Assembly: GCA_016715865.1 (NCBI GenBank)
Contig: JADJXM010000006.1
Coordinates: 257,564 to 321,563 of the forward strand
DNA length: 64,000 nt
Direction of reading: 5' to 3'
Origin: Acidobacteriota bacterium
Lineage (GTDB): Bacteria; Acidobacteriota; Blastocatellia; RBC074
Below the pieces are notes generated by a model, which did not search any database, was not told the DNA's origin, and saw nothing but the letters and a program-made list of their open reading frames with translations. Below, piece by piece: positions 1 to 18,965 of the stretch. The stretch's first letter is position 1. The number at the start of each line of letters is the position of its first letter. Made by a program: the position numbers and the translations under genes.

Positions 1-10
1 CGATGAGGAG

Positions 11-379
11 TTGAGCAAGGCCAATGAAGGCAAGCTGATCACCAAACCGGTAATATTCTCACGTGGCGTAACGACGCGCAGCGATCTTGAATACCTTGCA
101 ACCATGCCCGCAAGCGATGTCCGCAACTGGACTCAGGGTCGATACTATCTTGAAATTACGGCGCTCCCGCTCGATCAGAAACGTTCGCAGCTCTTCGTCT
201 CAGCGCATATTCAGGGGAGGATCCCGGATGCGGTGAGCGGCAACAAATGGATCGACGGCCAATCGAACGGCAGACTCGAAGACGAAGTGATCCGCGGACT
301 CGCCAGTAAACTGCTGGGAATCGATCTGGGCTTTAAGAAGGGCGGCAACCCCAAGAGAATTCTCAATTGTGAATATTGA
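11..379 (+). CDS. hypothetical protein (possibly 5'-truncated by window edge)
   Basis: Open frame from window start; no recognisable motif. Coding-like composition; ends just before next gene. Confidence 0.35.
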   Translation: MSKANEGKLITKPVIFSRGVTTRSDLEYLATMPASDVRNWTQGRYYLEITALPLDQKRSQLFVSAHIQGRIPDAVSGNKWIDGQSNGRLEDEVIRGLASKLLGIDLGFKKGGNPKRILNCEY

Positions 380-914
380 AGTGCAAGCTTTCAGTTGATA
401 TAAATGAATTAATGGTTCGCATCATATTTATTATGGCTTTGACTTTGCTGATCGCTCCGGCGGTATGGGCGCAGAGCGCCAGCGGTGCGCCGGTTCCCGT
501 CGAAGAGCAGAGCGAGGCGATGATCGACACCCTCAAGCGGATGCGGATCAAACGGGAAGAGAACGAGCATAAAAAACTGCTCGAAAAAGGCACTCAGATT
601 CTGGAAATCTCGGAAGAACTGGCCAGGAATTACGCACATCAGACCATCACCAGCCTTCCACGCGAAGTCGAGAAGAAACTCAAGGAGATAGAAAAGAACG
701 CTCGCCAGATTCGATCCGAATCGGGCGGCTCCAAAGACGAACCTCTGGAATCGCCCCCGGCAACGCTCGATGAGGCGATAAACCGGCTCGAAGAGACCTG
801 CCGTCACCTCAACGAAGACCTTTCCAAAACTTCCCGGCGCGTCGTCTCGGTCTCAGTCATCAACCATGCGATCGAGGTGATTGAAATCGTACGTGTGTTG
901 AAGGGATATATTAA

Positions 915-918
<4 letters not shown>
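376..918 (+). CDS. hypothetical secreted protein (signal peptide, charged coiled-coil-like body)
   Basis: N-terminal hydrophobic stretch MVRIIFIMALTLLIAPAVWAQ typical of a Sec signal peptide (true start probably the internal ATG ~412); remainder K/E-rich, no known domain recognised. Confidence 0.45.
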
Positions 919-1955
<1,037 letters not shown>

Positions 1956-2097
1956 GGATTCATTGCTGCTCCGGGCTCACTCTGAGCGCCTGCTTGACTG
2001 GCCAATACCCGTCACTTATAGTTAAAAGTTCGCAGGGAATGATTGCTGGAATCATTCCCTCACATCTGCTCACAAGTCAAAGAAGGGATGCAATAAA

Positions 2098-2526
2098 ATG
2101 GGTTTGGGAATGCCCGAAGTGGTTTTGATTCTGGTCATTGCGCTGATCGTATTCGGTCCACGCAAACTGCCCGAACTGGGAAAATCCCTGGGACAGGCGA
2201 TGTCCCAGTTTCGCAGGGCGTCTGATGATTTCAAGCGGACCTGGGAGCAGGAAGTCGAGATGGAGACGATTCGCAAGACCGATTCCATCAGCAGCACTTC
2301 GTCCACATACGAGGATCCGGGTTCGCCGGATTCATATTCTTATGACAACTACTCATCGGATTCGAACGACTACATCCGTGACAACACGTATGAAACCGAG
2401 AGTGATGTCGCAAGCGACACGGCTAAGTCACAGGAAACGACTGAAGCCAGCACTGAGACATCGACCGTCGCCGCCACACCTGCCGCCAATGCCACCCCTG
2501 CGCCCGAGAAGCAGCGCTGGATCTGA
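2098..2526 (+). CDS. tatA: twin-arginine translocase subunit TatA/E with long acidic/Ser-Thr-rich C-terminal tail
   Basis: N-terminus MGLGMPEVVLILVIALIVFGPRKLPELGKSLGQAMSQFRRA matches the TatA TM helix-hinge-amphipathic helix signature (FGP.KLP); directly upstream of tatC. Confidence 0.85.
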   Translation: MGLGMPEVVLILVIALIVFGPRKLPELGKSLGQAMSQFRRASDDFKRTWEQEVEMETIRKTDSISSTSSTYEDPGSPDSYSYDNYSSDSNDYIRDNTYETESDVASDTAKSQETTEASTETSTVAATPAANATPAPEKQRWI

Positions 2527-2548
2527 CAGGCAATGAGTAACCTTAATA

Positions 2549-3598
2549 ATGAGCACCGTGATTGAGCAGGACGACAACCTGCAAATGTCCTTTCTTGACC
2601 ACCTGGACGAATTGAGGCGAAGACTGATCAACTCGGTCGTCATCGTCGCAATCGCGTTCTCGATCTGCTTCGCATTTTCTGATTACATCTACCGGTTTCT
2701 CGCCGTGCCGGTCGTCCAGCAGCTTCAGAAAGAGCGTCGAACACAGCAGGCGGCTTCGGGAAATATCGACATAGCCAGGGTTAAGGAAGGTGAGACTGTC
2801 CAATACACCTTTACCCAGGAGACCGCGGTCAACGAGGTCAAAGTTCCTCTCGGGACCACGATTTCGGTCAAGCGTATAACCAAAGGCAAGGAATCGCTGC
2901 TGGTGCTGGCTTCACCATGGTCGGTGGGAAAAACGATTCTTCCGGCGGAAACCCCTTTGAACACTATTGTCACTGAGGGAAGTTCCCGGTTATTTTTCGA
3001 TGACGAGAATAACCGCCTGGTACTGCGGGGAGTGACGAGCGCCTTCATGATATACATTCGCGTCGCGCTCTATTCGGGCATTGCACTGGCGGTTCCGTTT
3101 CTCTTTTATCAGATCTGGGCCTTCATCTCGCCCGGCCTTTACAAACACGAAAAGAAGTACATCTTCCCGGTCCTGCTCATGGCGACGGTCTTCTTCTCGC
3201 TCGGAGCCGGTTTCGCATACAAGGTCGCCTTCCCGGCCGCCTGCGACTACCTGCTCGGCTGGGCTGAACAGGGAGGATTCCGCACGTTGCTCGACGCTGA
3301 GGACTACCTGGACCTGATCATCATGATCATGATCGGACTGGGAATCGTTTTTCAGATCCCGACCATCGCGTTTGTTCTGGGAAGAATAGGGTTGGTCACG
3401 CCGGGTTTGATGATCCGCGTCTGGCGGTATGCGGTGGTGGCTATCGCGATCATCGCAGCCGTGCTGACTCCGACACCGGATGCCTTCAATATGATGATGT
3501 TCGCCGCGCCTATGTTCGGTCTCTATTTTCTGAGCATCGGCATCGTCTGGGTCTTTGGCAAGCCTCGCAGGACCGATGCCGAAGTCGATAATGAATGA
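2549..3598 (+). CDS. tatC: twin-arginine translocase subunit TatC (with ~100 aa insertion in first periplasmic loop)
   Basis: Conserved TatC N-terminus (MSFLDHLDELRRRLI), six predicted TM segments, synteny with tatA; 349 aa vs typical ~250 aa. Confidence 0.85.
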   Translation: MSTVIEQDDNLQMSFLDHLDELRRRLINSVVIVAIAFSICFAFSDYIYRFLAVPVVQQLQKERRTQQAASGNIDIARVKEGETVQYTFTQETAVNEVKVPLGTTISVKRITKGKESLLVLASPWSVGKTILPAETPLNTIVTEGSSRLFFDDENNRLVLRGVTSAFMIYIRVALYSGIALAVPFLFYQIWAFISPGLYKHEKKYIFPVLLMATVFFSLGAGFAYKVAFPAACDYLLGWAEQGGFRTLLDAEDYLDLIIMIMIGLGIVFQIPTIAFVLGRIGLVTPGLMIRVWRYAVVAIAIIAAVLTPTPDAFNMMMFAAPMFGLYFLSIGIVWVFGKPRRTDAEVDNE

Positions 3599-3800
3599 GT
3601 AGTTTCCAGTAAGAAGAAGTTTCCAGTTTCCAGTTTCCAGTGAGAACACGCTATTTTTCATCTCACGGTTGCATATTTAACTCTTCTTCAGTTGAATACT
3701 ATCAACTGGAAACTTCTTCAGCTGGAAACTTCTTCAGCTGGAAACTTCTTCAGCTGGAAACTTCTTCCACTGGAAACTTCTTCCACTGGAAACTTCTTCT
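3599..3800. repeat. GTTTCCAG-family element (A1): inverted arms, right arm a 16-nt minisatellite (ctggaaacttcttcag x ~5.5)
   Basis: Left arm gaagaagtttccagtttccagtttccag at 3602-3641; right arm tandem 16-mers 3706-3798; fills entire tatC / TPR-gene intergenic space. Confidence 0.85.
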
Positions 3801-3802
3801 TA

Positions 3803-5206
<1,404 letters not shown>

Positions 5207-5269
5207 CGTTTTACCATCCTGCCGGCAGCCGTAACTTAAGTTATGGGCCCGCCGGTTCTCACTTCTCCA

Positions 5270-6181
5270 TCATTTCCCGGGGACTGCAGGCGCAACCACA
5301 TTGAGCGCCTGCGACAGAATATCGAACGTCATCGGCAGTCGGCCGACGACTTCTCCGTCAAGCTGGACGAGCGCGCCTGACTTTGAGTCGGCCTTCGCTT
5401 TACGCGTCCACTGATAGACCACGCCGGAGCTGAGAGTATGCCGTCCGGCAAGGCTCTGAAATGCATAATTCAAATAAGCTATACGGCTGCCGGTATTGAA
5501 CAGACAGATATCCAGTTTATCGTCATCGATGCGGGCCTCAGGCGTCAGCGTGAACCATACCGCATATCGTGATGCATTGCCGATCACCGCGAAAGTGCTC
5601 TCGTAGACATTTCCATTGAAATCGATCGAGAACGGCGTCTGGGGCAGTCGCGCCAGATAATCGACTCCGGCCAGCAGATAAGCTCCGACGCCTGTCCATT
5701 TTTTCAGTCGCGAATCGACTCCGCTGACGATCGTCGCATCCAGTCCGATTCCCGCCATCAATAAAAAGTAACGATGCCAGCCCGTTTCAGGTTTCATCGC
5801 GACGCCGACGCTGATTCGACGCGTTTCTCCACGGACGATCTTCTCTGCCAGTGCCCGCGGATTTGCCGGAACGCCGATCTCTTTTGAAAAGACATTGGCG
5901 GTTCCGCAAGGCCAGACGGCAAGATCTGTCCCGGTTCCGACCAGTGGCTGAACAGCCTCGTTGATCGTTCCGTCTCCGCCACAAACCAGAACCACATCGA
6001 CCCCATCACGCATGGCGGTTTCAGCCAGAGCCGTCGCATGACCCGGGTATTGTGTCGGAATCGACTCGACGGACACGCCCAGGTCGCTCAGAGCACGGAC
6101 GAGGGTCTGAACCTGACATCGAGATCGTTCCATCATCCCCGCCACCGGATTGTATATTAATGATACCCGCTTACACTCCAT
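5270..6181 (-). CDS. diacylglycerol kinase catalytic-domain lipid kinase (YegS/BmrU family)
   Basis: DAGK_cat signature: LIYNPVAG..., VLVCGGDGTINE, GTANVF motifs. Confidence 0.8.
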   Translation of the reverse strand: MECKRVSLIYNPVAGMMERSRCQVQTLVRALSDLGVSVESIPTQYPGHATALAETAMRDGVDVVLVCGGDGTINEAVQPLVGTGTDLAVWPCGTANVFSKEIGVPANPRALAEKIVRGETRRISVGVAMKPETGWHRYFLLMAGIGLDATIVSGVDSRLKKWTGVGAYLLAGVDYLARLPQTPFSIDFNGNVYESTFAVIGNASRYAVWFTLTPEARIDDDKLDICLFNTGSRIAYLNYAFQSLAGRHTLSSGVVYQWTRKAKADSKSGALVQLDGEVVGRLPMTFDILSQALNVVAPAVPGK

Positions 6182-6333
6182 ACGTTTTGTTCTCGTATAG
6201 CATATTGCAAAAACGGTGCCAACTCCAGAGACACAGCTAACCCCTTACATTCCAGCTATTTACATATAGCCGCTATTTAATATGAGAATGATTTTCCAGT
6301 CAGGTGGGGGGTTTAGACGACACTGCGGGAAGC

Positions 6334-7374
6334 CTACCTTATCAGATTCCTTGGAGTGCGGCCTGAGACGGCGTCGATGGCGTTTTCGACTGCCAGCATG
6401 GCCATGGCCGTCCGTGTTTCGCGGGTGGCGCTGCCTATGTGAGGAAGCAGGACAACATTCGTAAGGTCAAGCAGGCCCGGATGAACCGCCGGCTCGTTTT
6501 CAAAGACGTCAAGTCCGGCCCCGGCCAGGCGACCTGACCTGAGAGCGTCAGACAGAGCAGCCTCATCGACTATCGGGCCGCGCGCGGTATTAATAAGATA
6601 ACTGCCTGGCTTGATTCGAGAGAAGACATCGCGATCTATCAGGTGCTGAGTCGTCGCGGCCAGGGGGACGTGGAGACTGACAATATCGGCGTTCTCGATC
6701 AACTGATGAAATGTCGCCCGTCGAGCGGTTGCGCCATCGCTGCGAGAGCTTTGCATGAGGAATCCTGTCTGGGTTCTTGCGCTGGCCTGCTTTGCCAGCA
6801 TATGGGCGTTGTGCTGAGGATCGTCACGGTAGGCCACATCGTCGCGCCCGCAATATATAACGGACATGCCGAAACCATTGGCACGGCGCGCGACCGCTCG
6901 GCCTATGCGGCCGTATCCGATAATTCCCATAGTCTTGCCCGTCAGACCCATCCCGAGCATCATGTCCAGGTCCCATCCGGTGAATTTTCCGGCGCGTAAA
7001 AAGGCATCGGCCTCAACGACACGCCTGGTGACGGCAAGAATCAGGGCCCATGTCAGATCGGCCGTCGCATCCGTCAAAACGTCAGGTGTATTTGTGATAA
7101 AAATGCCTTGTTGCTGCGCACTCGTCACGTCGATATTGTTATAACCGACCGCCACATTGGCAATGACACGCAGCTTCGTGGCTGATTGAATCATTTCCCG
7201 ATCGATCGTATCCGTCAGCAGGCAGATCAGCCCGTCGGCGTCCTTCAGACCTTCTCGGAGCGATTCCCTCTGGAGCTGCCCACTGGTCACACCAACTCGA
7301 TAGTCGCAGACCTCGCCAAGACGATTCATGGCTGCTTCAGGCAGTTGTCGCGTTATGAAGATTTGAGGCCGCAT
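6334..7374 (-). CDS. D-isomer-specific 2-hydroxyacid dehydrogenase (glyoxylate/hydroxypyruvate reductase-like), with internal ~50 aa insertion
   Basis: NAD-binding GxGxxG (GIIGYGRIGRAVARR), catalytic-domain conservation (LLPHIGSAT), typical length plus insertion. Confidence 0.8.
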   Translation of the reverse strand: MRPQIFITRQLPEAAMNRLGEVCDYRVGVTSGQLQRESLREGLKDADGLICLLTDTIDREMIQSATKLRVIANVAVGYNNIDVTSAQQQGIFITNTPDVLTDATADLTWALILAVTRRVVEADAFLRAGKFTGWDLDMMLGMGLTGKTMGIIGYGRIGRAVARRANGFGMSVIYCGRDDVAYRDDPQHNAHMLAKQASARTQTGFLMQSSRSDGATARRATFHQLIENADIVSLHVPLAATTQHLIDRDVFSRIKPGSYLINTARGPIVDEAALSDALRSGRLAGAGLDVFENEPAVHPGLLDLTNVVLLPHIGSATRETRTAMAMLAVENAIDAVSGRTPRNLIR

Positions 7375-7439
7375 ATTATTCAGCTTCTGGTTGCTCTCGT
7401 CAATACCGCCGTTTTGTTATACCTTTCTGTTTCACTTTA

Positions 7440-8345
7440 TTGCAGAAAAGATCAAAATCCAAGTCTGCTAAATGGATCTTTATGGAATATTCAATGGTCA
7501 GGACTTTCGATCATGCCGGTTATTATGAAACCCGCCTGATCCTGATGTTAATCACTCTTGGCATCGCCATCTATAAATATCGCTTCAAGGGCGATCGCCG
7601 ATTTCTGATCATATTCGCAAGCGGAGCATTGCTGTTGACCGTGACCGAATATCTCCTGCAACTCAATGGACTGAGGGGCGCGGGATACAACTTCTCGCTC
7701 TTCGGGATCGTCATTCGAGGAATACACGGGCCGATGCTGCAGGGGTTGCTTGAAGGTGGGTCGTGCGGTCTGATTGCCTTCTGGTTTGCCGATCAGCGTT
7801 CAGCGCAGGCGAAGCGCCGTGAATGGGTTCCGTTTGGTATCGTCTGCGTTATCGTGGTCGTCTTGTCGATTGTCGCGGGTTATGCAGCCCGACCGCATCC
7901 GGTCTCGTCATCAAGACAGATGTTTTCGACTGTCATGGTCTTTTATGCGACGACGATCATCTTCGTTTCGCTGGTCATCGCCTGGCGCAGGGATGCGATC
8001 AGCGATTTCGTCAATTTTTTTGGCGGGCTTCTATTGTATGCGCTGCTCAGCCTCGAACCTTTGCATATCCTCGGAGTCAGATTTATCGGGACGATAACTG
8101 ATTCTCAGGTTCATCCGGCTTCAGTGCCGATCCAGGCTGTCCTCATGCTGCTTTCACACGTCTATGAGATCGCCGGCGCAAGGCTCCATATTTTCATCAT
8201 ACCGGCGCTGTTGGGTCTGGTGGCGCTTCGGGAAAAGAAGGTCATGGAATCCGGAGAAAGATATTCAACCCAGCATTTGCTCGACCTGGCCCAGAGAGGC
8301 TGGCGCAGGCGATCGAAACCCTTCCAGAAAGAAAAATCTCCCTGA
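7440..8345 (+). CDS. hypothetical polytopic membrane protein
   Basis: Multiple hydrophobic TM segments; no recognisable family motif. Confidence 0.45.
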   Translation: MQKRSKSKSAKWIFMEYSMVRTFDHAGYYETRLILMLITLGIAIYKYRFKGDRRFLIIFASGALLLTVTEYLLQLNGLRGAGYNFSLFGIVIRGIHGPMLQGLLEGGSCGLIAFWFADQRSAQAKRREWVPFGIVCVIVVVLSIVAGYAARPHPVSSSRQMFSTVMVFYATTIIFVSLVIAWRRDAISDFVNFFGGLLLYALLSLEPLHILGVRFIGTITDSQVHPASVPIQAVLMLLSHVYEIAGARLHIFIIPALLGLVALREKKVMESGERYSTQHLLDLAQRGWRRRSKPFQKEKSP

Positions 8346-8349
8346 CTGC

Positions 8350-8495
8350 CGGTGAAGTTTCCAGCAGGAAGAAGTTTCCAGTCGCCTGCTACAGATTCGC
8401 AAATAGAAATAAGCGCGAGTTCTTTGGCAAGTATGAACCTGTTCCTGCCCGTAAAACTGGAAACTGGAAACTTCTTCCTGCTGGAAACTTTACCA
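8350..8495. repeat. GTTTCCAG-family inverted-repeat element (A2)
   Basis: gaagtttccagcaggaagaagtttccagt ... actggaaactggaaacttcttcctgctggaaactt, ~60-nt spacer. Confidence 0.8.
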
Positions 8496-8521
8496 GAGAC
8501 TGAGCGGTTGCAAAAAAAATA

Positions 8522-8556
8522 AACGGGAAATCATAAGCGACTTCCCGTTTTCATTG
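8522..8556 (+). terminator. rho-independent terminator-like hairpin
   Basis: aacgggaa-atcataagcgac-ttcccgtt followed by ttcattg; preceded by A-run (bidirectional potential). Confidence 0.5.
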
Positions 8557-8885
8557 TCTGTATTTTATATGTTTGATTGATTCAAATTTTGTTTTAGTCC
8601 GACTCTCGGCTACACATTGAGTTATTCCTGGAGGGGAAATAGCGGGTGATTTCATGGAAGGGACGTGTCAAGGAAGTTGCGGTCAATTAACGTATCAAGA
8701 GACGGGCCTCAATGTGTAGCTAGAGAGTAAACTGAGAACATTGAAAATATTCTCAAACTCGGATGTGGCGTTTAACCTTTACGGGCGCCACGAACAAAAT
8801 TTCAAATATCTATCCCAGCAAATACTGGCCCAGCAAATTCCGGCCTTGTCGTTTCCAGGATCTTCAGCGTCGCGTTTTGCGGTCA

Positions 8886-9092
8886 TTACCGGGCGCTGAA
8901 TTTCTCAAATGCCCAGCGCGTGTACTGCTCTACGGTTATATCCTGCATACCGATTGCTCGACTGACGCTGAATCCCAATAGAGTCAACATAAAAACCGTT
9001 GACGCACCGATCAAAGTGAGCAGTAACGAATATTCGACTACGCTTTGTCCTTCTTCTTCTTTTATGAACTCTATCAGTTTCTCTATCCACAT
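8886..9092 (-). CDS. flp: Flp/Fap family type IVb pilin (orphan)
   Basis: 68 aa; leader followed by G-x4-EY-hydrophobic core: EEGQSVVEYSLLLTLIGASTVF, the Flp prepilin processing/assembly signature. No tad/cpa genes nearby. Confidence 0.6.
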   Translation of the reverse strand: MWIEKLIEFIKEEEGQSVVEYSLLLTLIGASTVFMLTLLGFSVSRAIGMQDITVEQYTRWAFEKFSAR

Positions 9093-9325
9093 AACTGTTC
9101 CCCAGTCCTGATTCGGTACCGGGGGGGCGTACCGTTTATCGTTACTTCAGACACCTGTAGTAATAGCAATGTCCGTGCCAAAGCACGTCCCGGAGCTGGA
9201 CAACAGCCACAACCTATTTGTAATCAATGAAATAACGAAGCAGGAGCTGAGGTTTAGCAGGGCCTGGCGGCGACATATGACACTTGAAGTTTACAAGACA
9301 GTGTGGAAGTGTCGTCACATGTTGT

Positions 9326-9480
9326 CAACAATAGTTTCCAGTTTCCAGTTAGGAAGTTTCCAGTATTCTAGACTGTATAAGTTAATTCCATAGACATTGT
9401 TTCAATTGTGACTGATAACAAACACTAAAGAAGCGACTGGAAACTGGAAACTTCTCCACTGGAAACTTCCCCACGGGAAA
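9326..9480. repeat. GTTTCCAG-family inverted-repeat element (A3)
   Basis: agtttccagtttccagttaggaagtttccag ... ctggaaactggaaacttctccactggaaacttcc; right arm abuts stop of MBL-rhodanese gene. Confidence 0.8.
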
Positions 9481-10878
9481 CTAATTCCCCTCGCATGGAG
9501 TCCCCTCGACGGGATAGCCTGCATTAACCCAAGCGGCAGTTCCTCCAACGACATTGAAGAGATTCGAGAAACCCCGGCGGGCTAGAATGGAGGTTGCGAT
9601 GCTTGAGCGGTAACCGCCGGCGCAGATGATGGCAGTATCTTTTTCAGGATCGATAGCTGAAATCTCTTCGCCGACATGAGCCAGTGGAGCGTTGATGGCA
9701 GTCGGAGCGTGACCGGATTTATACTCACCTGGCTGGCGAACGTCTATGACCTGCAGGTCGGGGTTCTCCTCAAGCCTGTGTTTGAGCTCGTCGACGGAGA
9801 TCTGAGGGATGGTCTGGACAGGAAAACGGACTTTATTCCAGGCGTATATACCGCCAGAGAGATAGCCCTTGATGTTTTCGATGCCGACGCGCGCGAGACG
9901 GGTGATTGAACTGGTTATCTGTTCATCGTCCTCTGCGATAATGACGACAGGAGCATCCAGCTTGATCAGGGTTCCCGCCCATGAAGCGAACTGTCCTGTC
10001 AGCCCGATATTGAGTGAACCTGGTATGTGCCCCGCCCCGAAGGCGACTGGCTGACGAACATCAAGCACAGTGACCCCGTCTTCAATCAGATCCTGTACAT
10101 CAAGTAACGATAAGGCGGCCGGAGTTGGAAGGTCCTCCAGCAGCTTCGCGCCGCTTCGATTTATCTCGGCATCTTTTGAGAAATAGGCTGGAGCTTCCGG
10201 CAGGTCCGTCGTCATCATCCTGACGAATTCCTGCCGTGTCATCGGCTGAAGCGCGTAGTTAAAACGGCGCTGCTGGCCGATGGTCGACGAAGTCTCACTT
10301 GAGATGTTGCGCCCGCAGAGCGATCCGGCGCCGTGCGCGGGAAAAACTTCGACATCGTCGTCGAGCTTGAGCAGTCTATCGAGACTGTCGTAAAGCATCT
10401 CGGCCATCTGCTCTGAGGTATAGCCTTTCGAGCCTGCCAGATCAGGTCTGCCGACGTCGCCGATGAAGAGTGTGTCCCCGGTCAAAACCTTGAGGGGCCT
10501 GTCCGACACTTCCGTATCGACGACCAGAATCGAGATGCTCTCGGGCGTATGACCCGGCGTCTCCCAAAACCTGAGAAGGACTTTCCCGAGCTTTATCTCA
10601 TCACCATCCCGGACAGCGATGTGATTGAATTCAGCCCCGGCACGCTGCCCGAAGACGATCCTGGCGCCAGTCCGCTCCGCCAGTTCCATATGCCCGCTGA
10701 CGAAATCGGCATGCAGGTGAGTTTCGATCACATATTTGATCTTCAGGCCCTGCGAACCTGCATCGATAATGTACTGATCTACATCGCGCTGAGGATCGAC
10801 CACAGCGGCTTCACCATCGGAGCCGATCAGATACGATGCATGCGCCAGGCAACCGAGATAAAACTGTTTGAAGTACAT
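9481..10878 (-). CDS. MBL-fold metallo-hydrolase fused to tandem rhodanese domains (persulfide dioxygenase-sulfurtransferase, CstB/Blh-like)
   Basis: HxHxDH metal-binding motif (ETHLHADFVSGH) of the metallo-beta-lactamase fold; two C-terminal rhodanese modules with active-site Cys loop (CAGGYRS). Confidence 0.85.
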   Translation of the reverse strand: MYFKQFYLGCLAHASYLIGSDGEAAVVDPQRDVDQYIIDAGSQGLKIKYVIETHLHADFVSGHMELAERTGARIVFGQRAGAEFNHIAVRDGDEIKLGKVLLRFWETPGHTPESISILVVDTEVSDRPLKVLTGDTLFIGDVGRPDLAGSKGYTSEQMAEMLYDSLDRLLKLDDDVEVFPAHGAGSLCGRNISSETSSTIGQQRRFNYALQPMTRQEFVRMMTTDLPEAPAYFSKDAEINRSGAKLLEDLPTPAALSLLDVQDLIEDGVTVLDVRQPVAFGAGHIPGSLNIGLTGQFASWAGTLIKLDAPVVIIAEDDEQITSSITRLARVGIENIKGYLSGGIYAWNKVRFPVQTIPQISVDELKHRLEENPDLQVIDVRQPGEYKSGHAPTAINAPLAHVGEEISAIDPEKDTAIICAGGYRSSIATSILARRGFSNLFNVVGGTAAWVNAGYPVEGTPCEGN

Positions 10879-10892
10879 AAGTCCTCTCCAGG

Positions 10893-11962
<1,070 letters not shown>

Positions 11963-12109
11963 GCTTGTGACCAGAGCGGAAATGGCTGGCGGAGTTTGAA
12001 TCGAGAAGGCCGCAAAGGAGCGCGAAGAGAGATTCTGTCTCTTTGCGCTTCTTTGCGGCCTTAGCGATTTAGTTCTCGATCAGTGAAATCTGTTTTCGCA
12101 GCACCAGTC

Positions 12110-12913
12110 TTATTTCTTCAGATACTTTTCGGGAGCCTTGAGCACTGCATCCTTGCAACTCTCGCAGCAGAAATAGACGGTTCGTCCGAAGACCTCTGCC
12201 TTGACGTTCTTATTGACGGGCTCGCCGGTGACAGGGCAGGTCGTAATACCGTCGCCTTTACCGAGAAATGCACTCTCTTCGACCTTTTCACCCGGCAGTT
12301 CATGGCGCTTATGCATGACTGCCATGCCTTCGGCGACGAACTCCGAAACTCCGTCCGAATGCGAATGAAGCAGCTTGACAACGTACGGATCAGTCGTGGT
12401 TTCGATAATCTTGACGCCCTTATCGGTGTTGACGATCTCCATTTTGATCTTGTCAGCGTGCTCGAAGAGCGCCCTGTAAAGCGGATCCCACATGCGAATC
12501 GGCTGCTTCTTTTCAAGCCGGCTCTTCATCGCCCAGACATGCTCGACAATCATGGCCTGAACCTTCGGATCGTCCGATTCAGTGACCGTGACGACTCCGT
12601 TTTCGGTTTTGGTAACAGTTCGGTTGACCTTCTTATGTTCGTCGAAGAGACTGTGAATGGTCTGCATGTCTTCCATACGACCACCCTGGCCGGCACCCTG
12701 GCCCTGCATGCGGCCCTGGCCCATGCCTCTGCCCATCATGCCCTGACCACTGCCCTGACCTGATCCCTGTCCCATTCCGCCTTTGCAACCTTCGCATTTC
12801 TTCTGCTCCTGTTGGCCATGCTGGTGCCCTTGAGCCAGTCCCGTCAGCGAGATCGCCGCAAACAATGCCAAAGCGCCAAAGATCATTGATAGTGTTTTAA
12901 TATTAGTTTTCAT
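12110..12913 (-). CDS. periplasmic Met/His-rich metal-binding protein with C-terminal YHS (TRASH-like) domain
   Basis: Signal peptide; low-complexity MGQG/GQGSGQG Met-rich tract (Cu/Ag-binding-like); C-terminal TCPVTGEPV...[11 protein letters not shown] matches YHS domain Cys pattern; immediately downstream of HME-RND pump. Confidence 0.7.
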   Translation of the reverse strand: MKTNIKTLSMIFGALALFAAISLTGLAQGHQHGQQEQKKCEGCKGGMGQGSGQGSGQGMMGRGMGQGRMQGQGAGQGGRMEDMQTIHSLFDEHKKVNRTVTKTENGVVTVTESDDPKVQAMIVEHVWAMKSRLEKKQPIRMWDPLYRALFEHADKIKMEIVNTDKGVKIIETTTDPYVVKLLHSHSDGVSEFVAEGMAVMHKRHELPGEKVEESAFLGKGDGITTCPVTGEPVNKNVKAEVFGRTVYFCCESCKDAVLKAPEKYLKK

Positions 12914-12970
12914 AATGCCACCTCTTATTGCATTCTCTCACTGGGAACGTCGAACCCCAGTATTATTATA

Positions 12971-16249
<3,279 letters not shown>

Positions 16250-16258
16250 CGCTTTTCC

Positions 16259-17464
<1,206 letters not shown>

Positions 17465-17487
17465 TCCAATGGGGCGCTTGCGGTTCC

Positions 17488-18961
<1,474 letters not shown>

Positions 18962-18965
<4 letters not shown>

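Noticed and set aside
2225-2536. 103-aa ORF overlapping the tatA 3' region in another frame (and similar short ORFs throughout, e.g. 1273-1569, 7774-8097, 38593-38883).
   Set aside because: Arg/Pro/Ser-rich, embedded in better-supported genes, no start context. Classic overprinting artefacts of GC-rich sequence.
3599-3800. Considered whether the tandem repeat arrays (here and at the other repeat loci) are CRISPR arrays.
   Set aside because: Units are contiguous with no unique spacers and the period is 8-16 nt, so this is minisatellite/hairpin architecture, not repeat-spacer. No cas genes in the window.
8560-8760. Checked the structured non-coding stretch near flp for a tRNA or other known RNA gene.
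   Set aside because: No T-arm GTTCGAATC-like box and no cloverleaf arrangement are evident. Kept only as a possible cis-structure within the Flp cassette finding.
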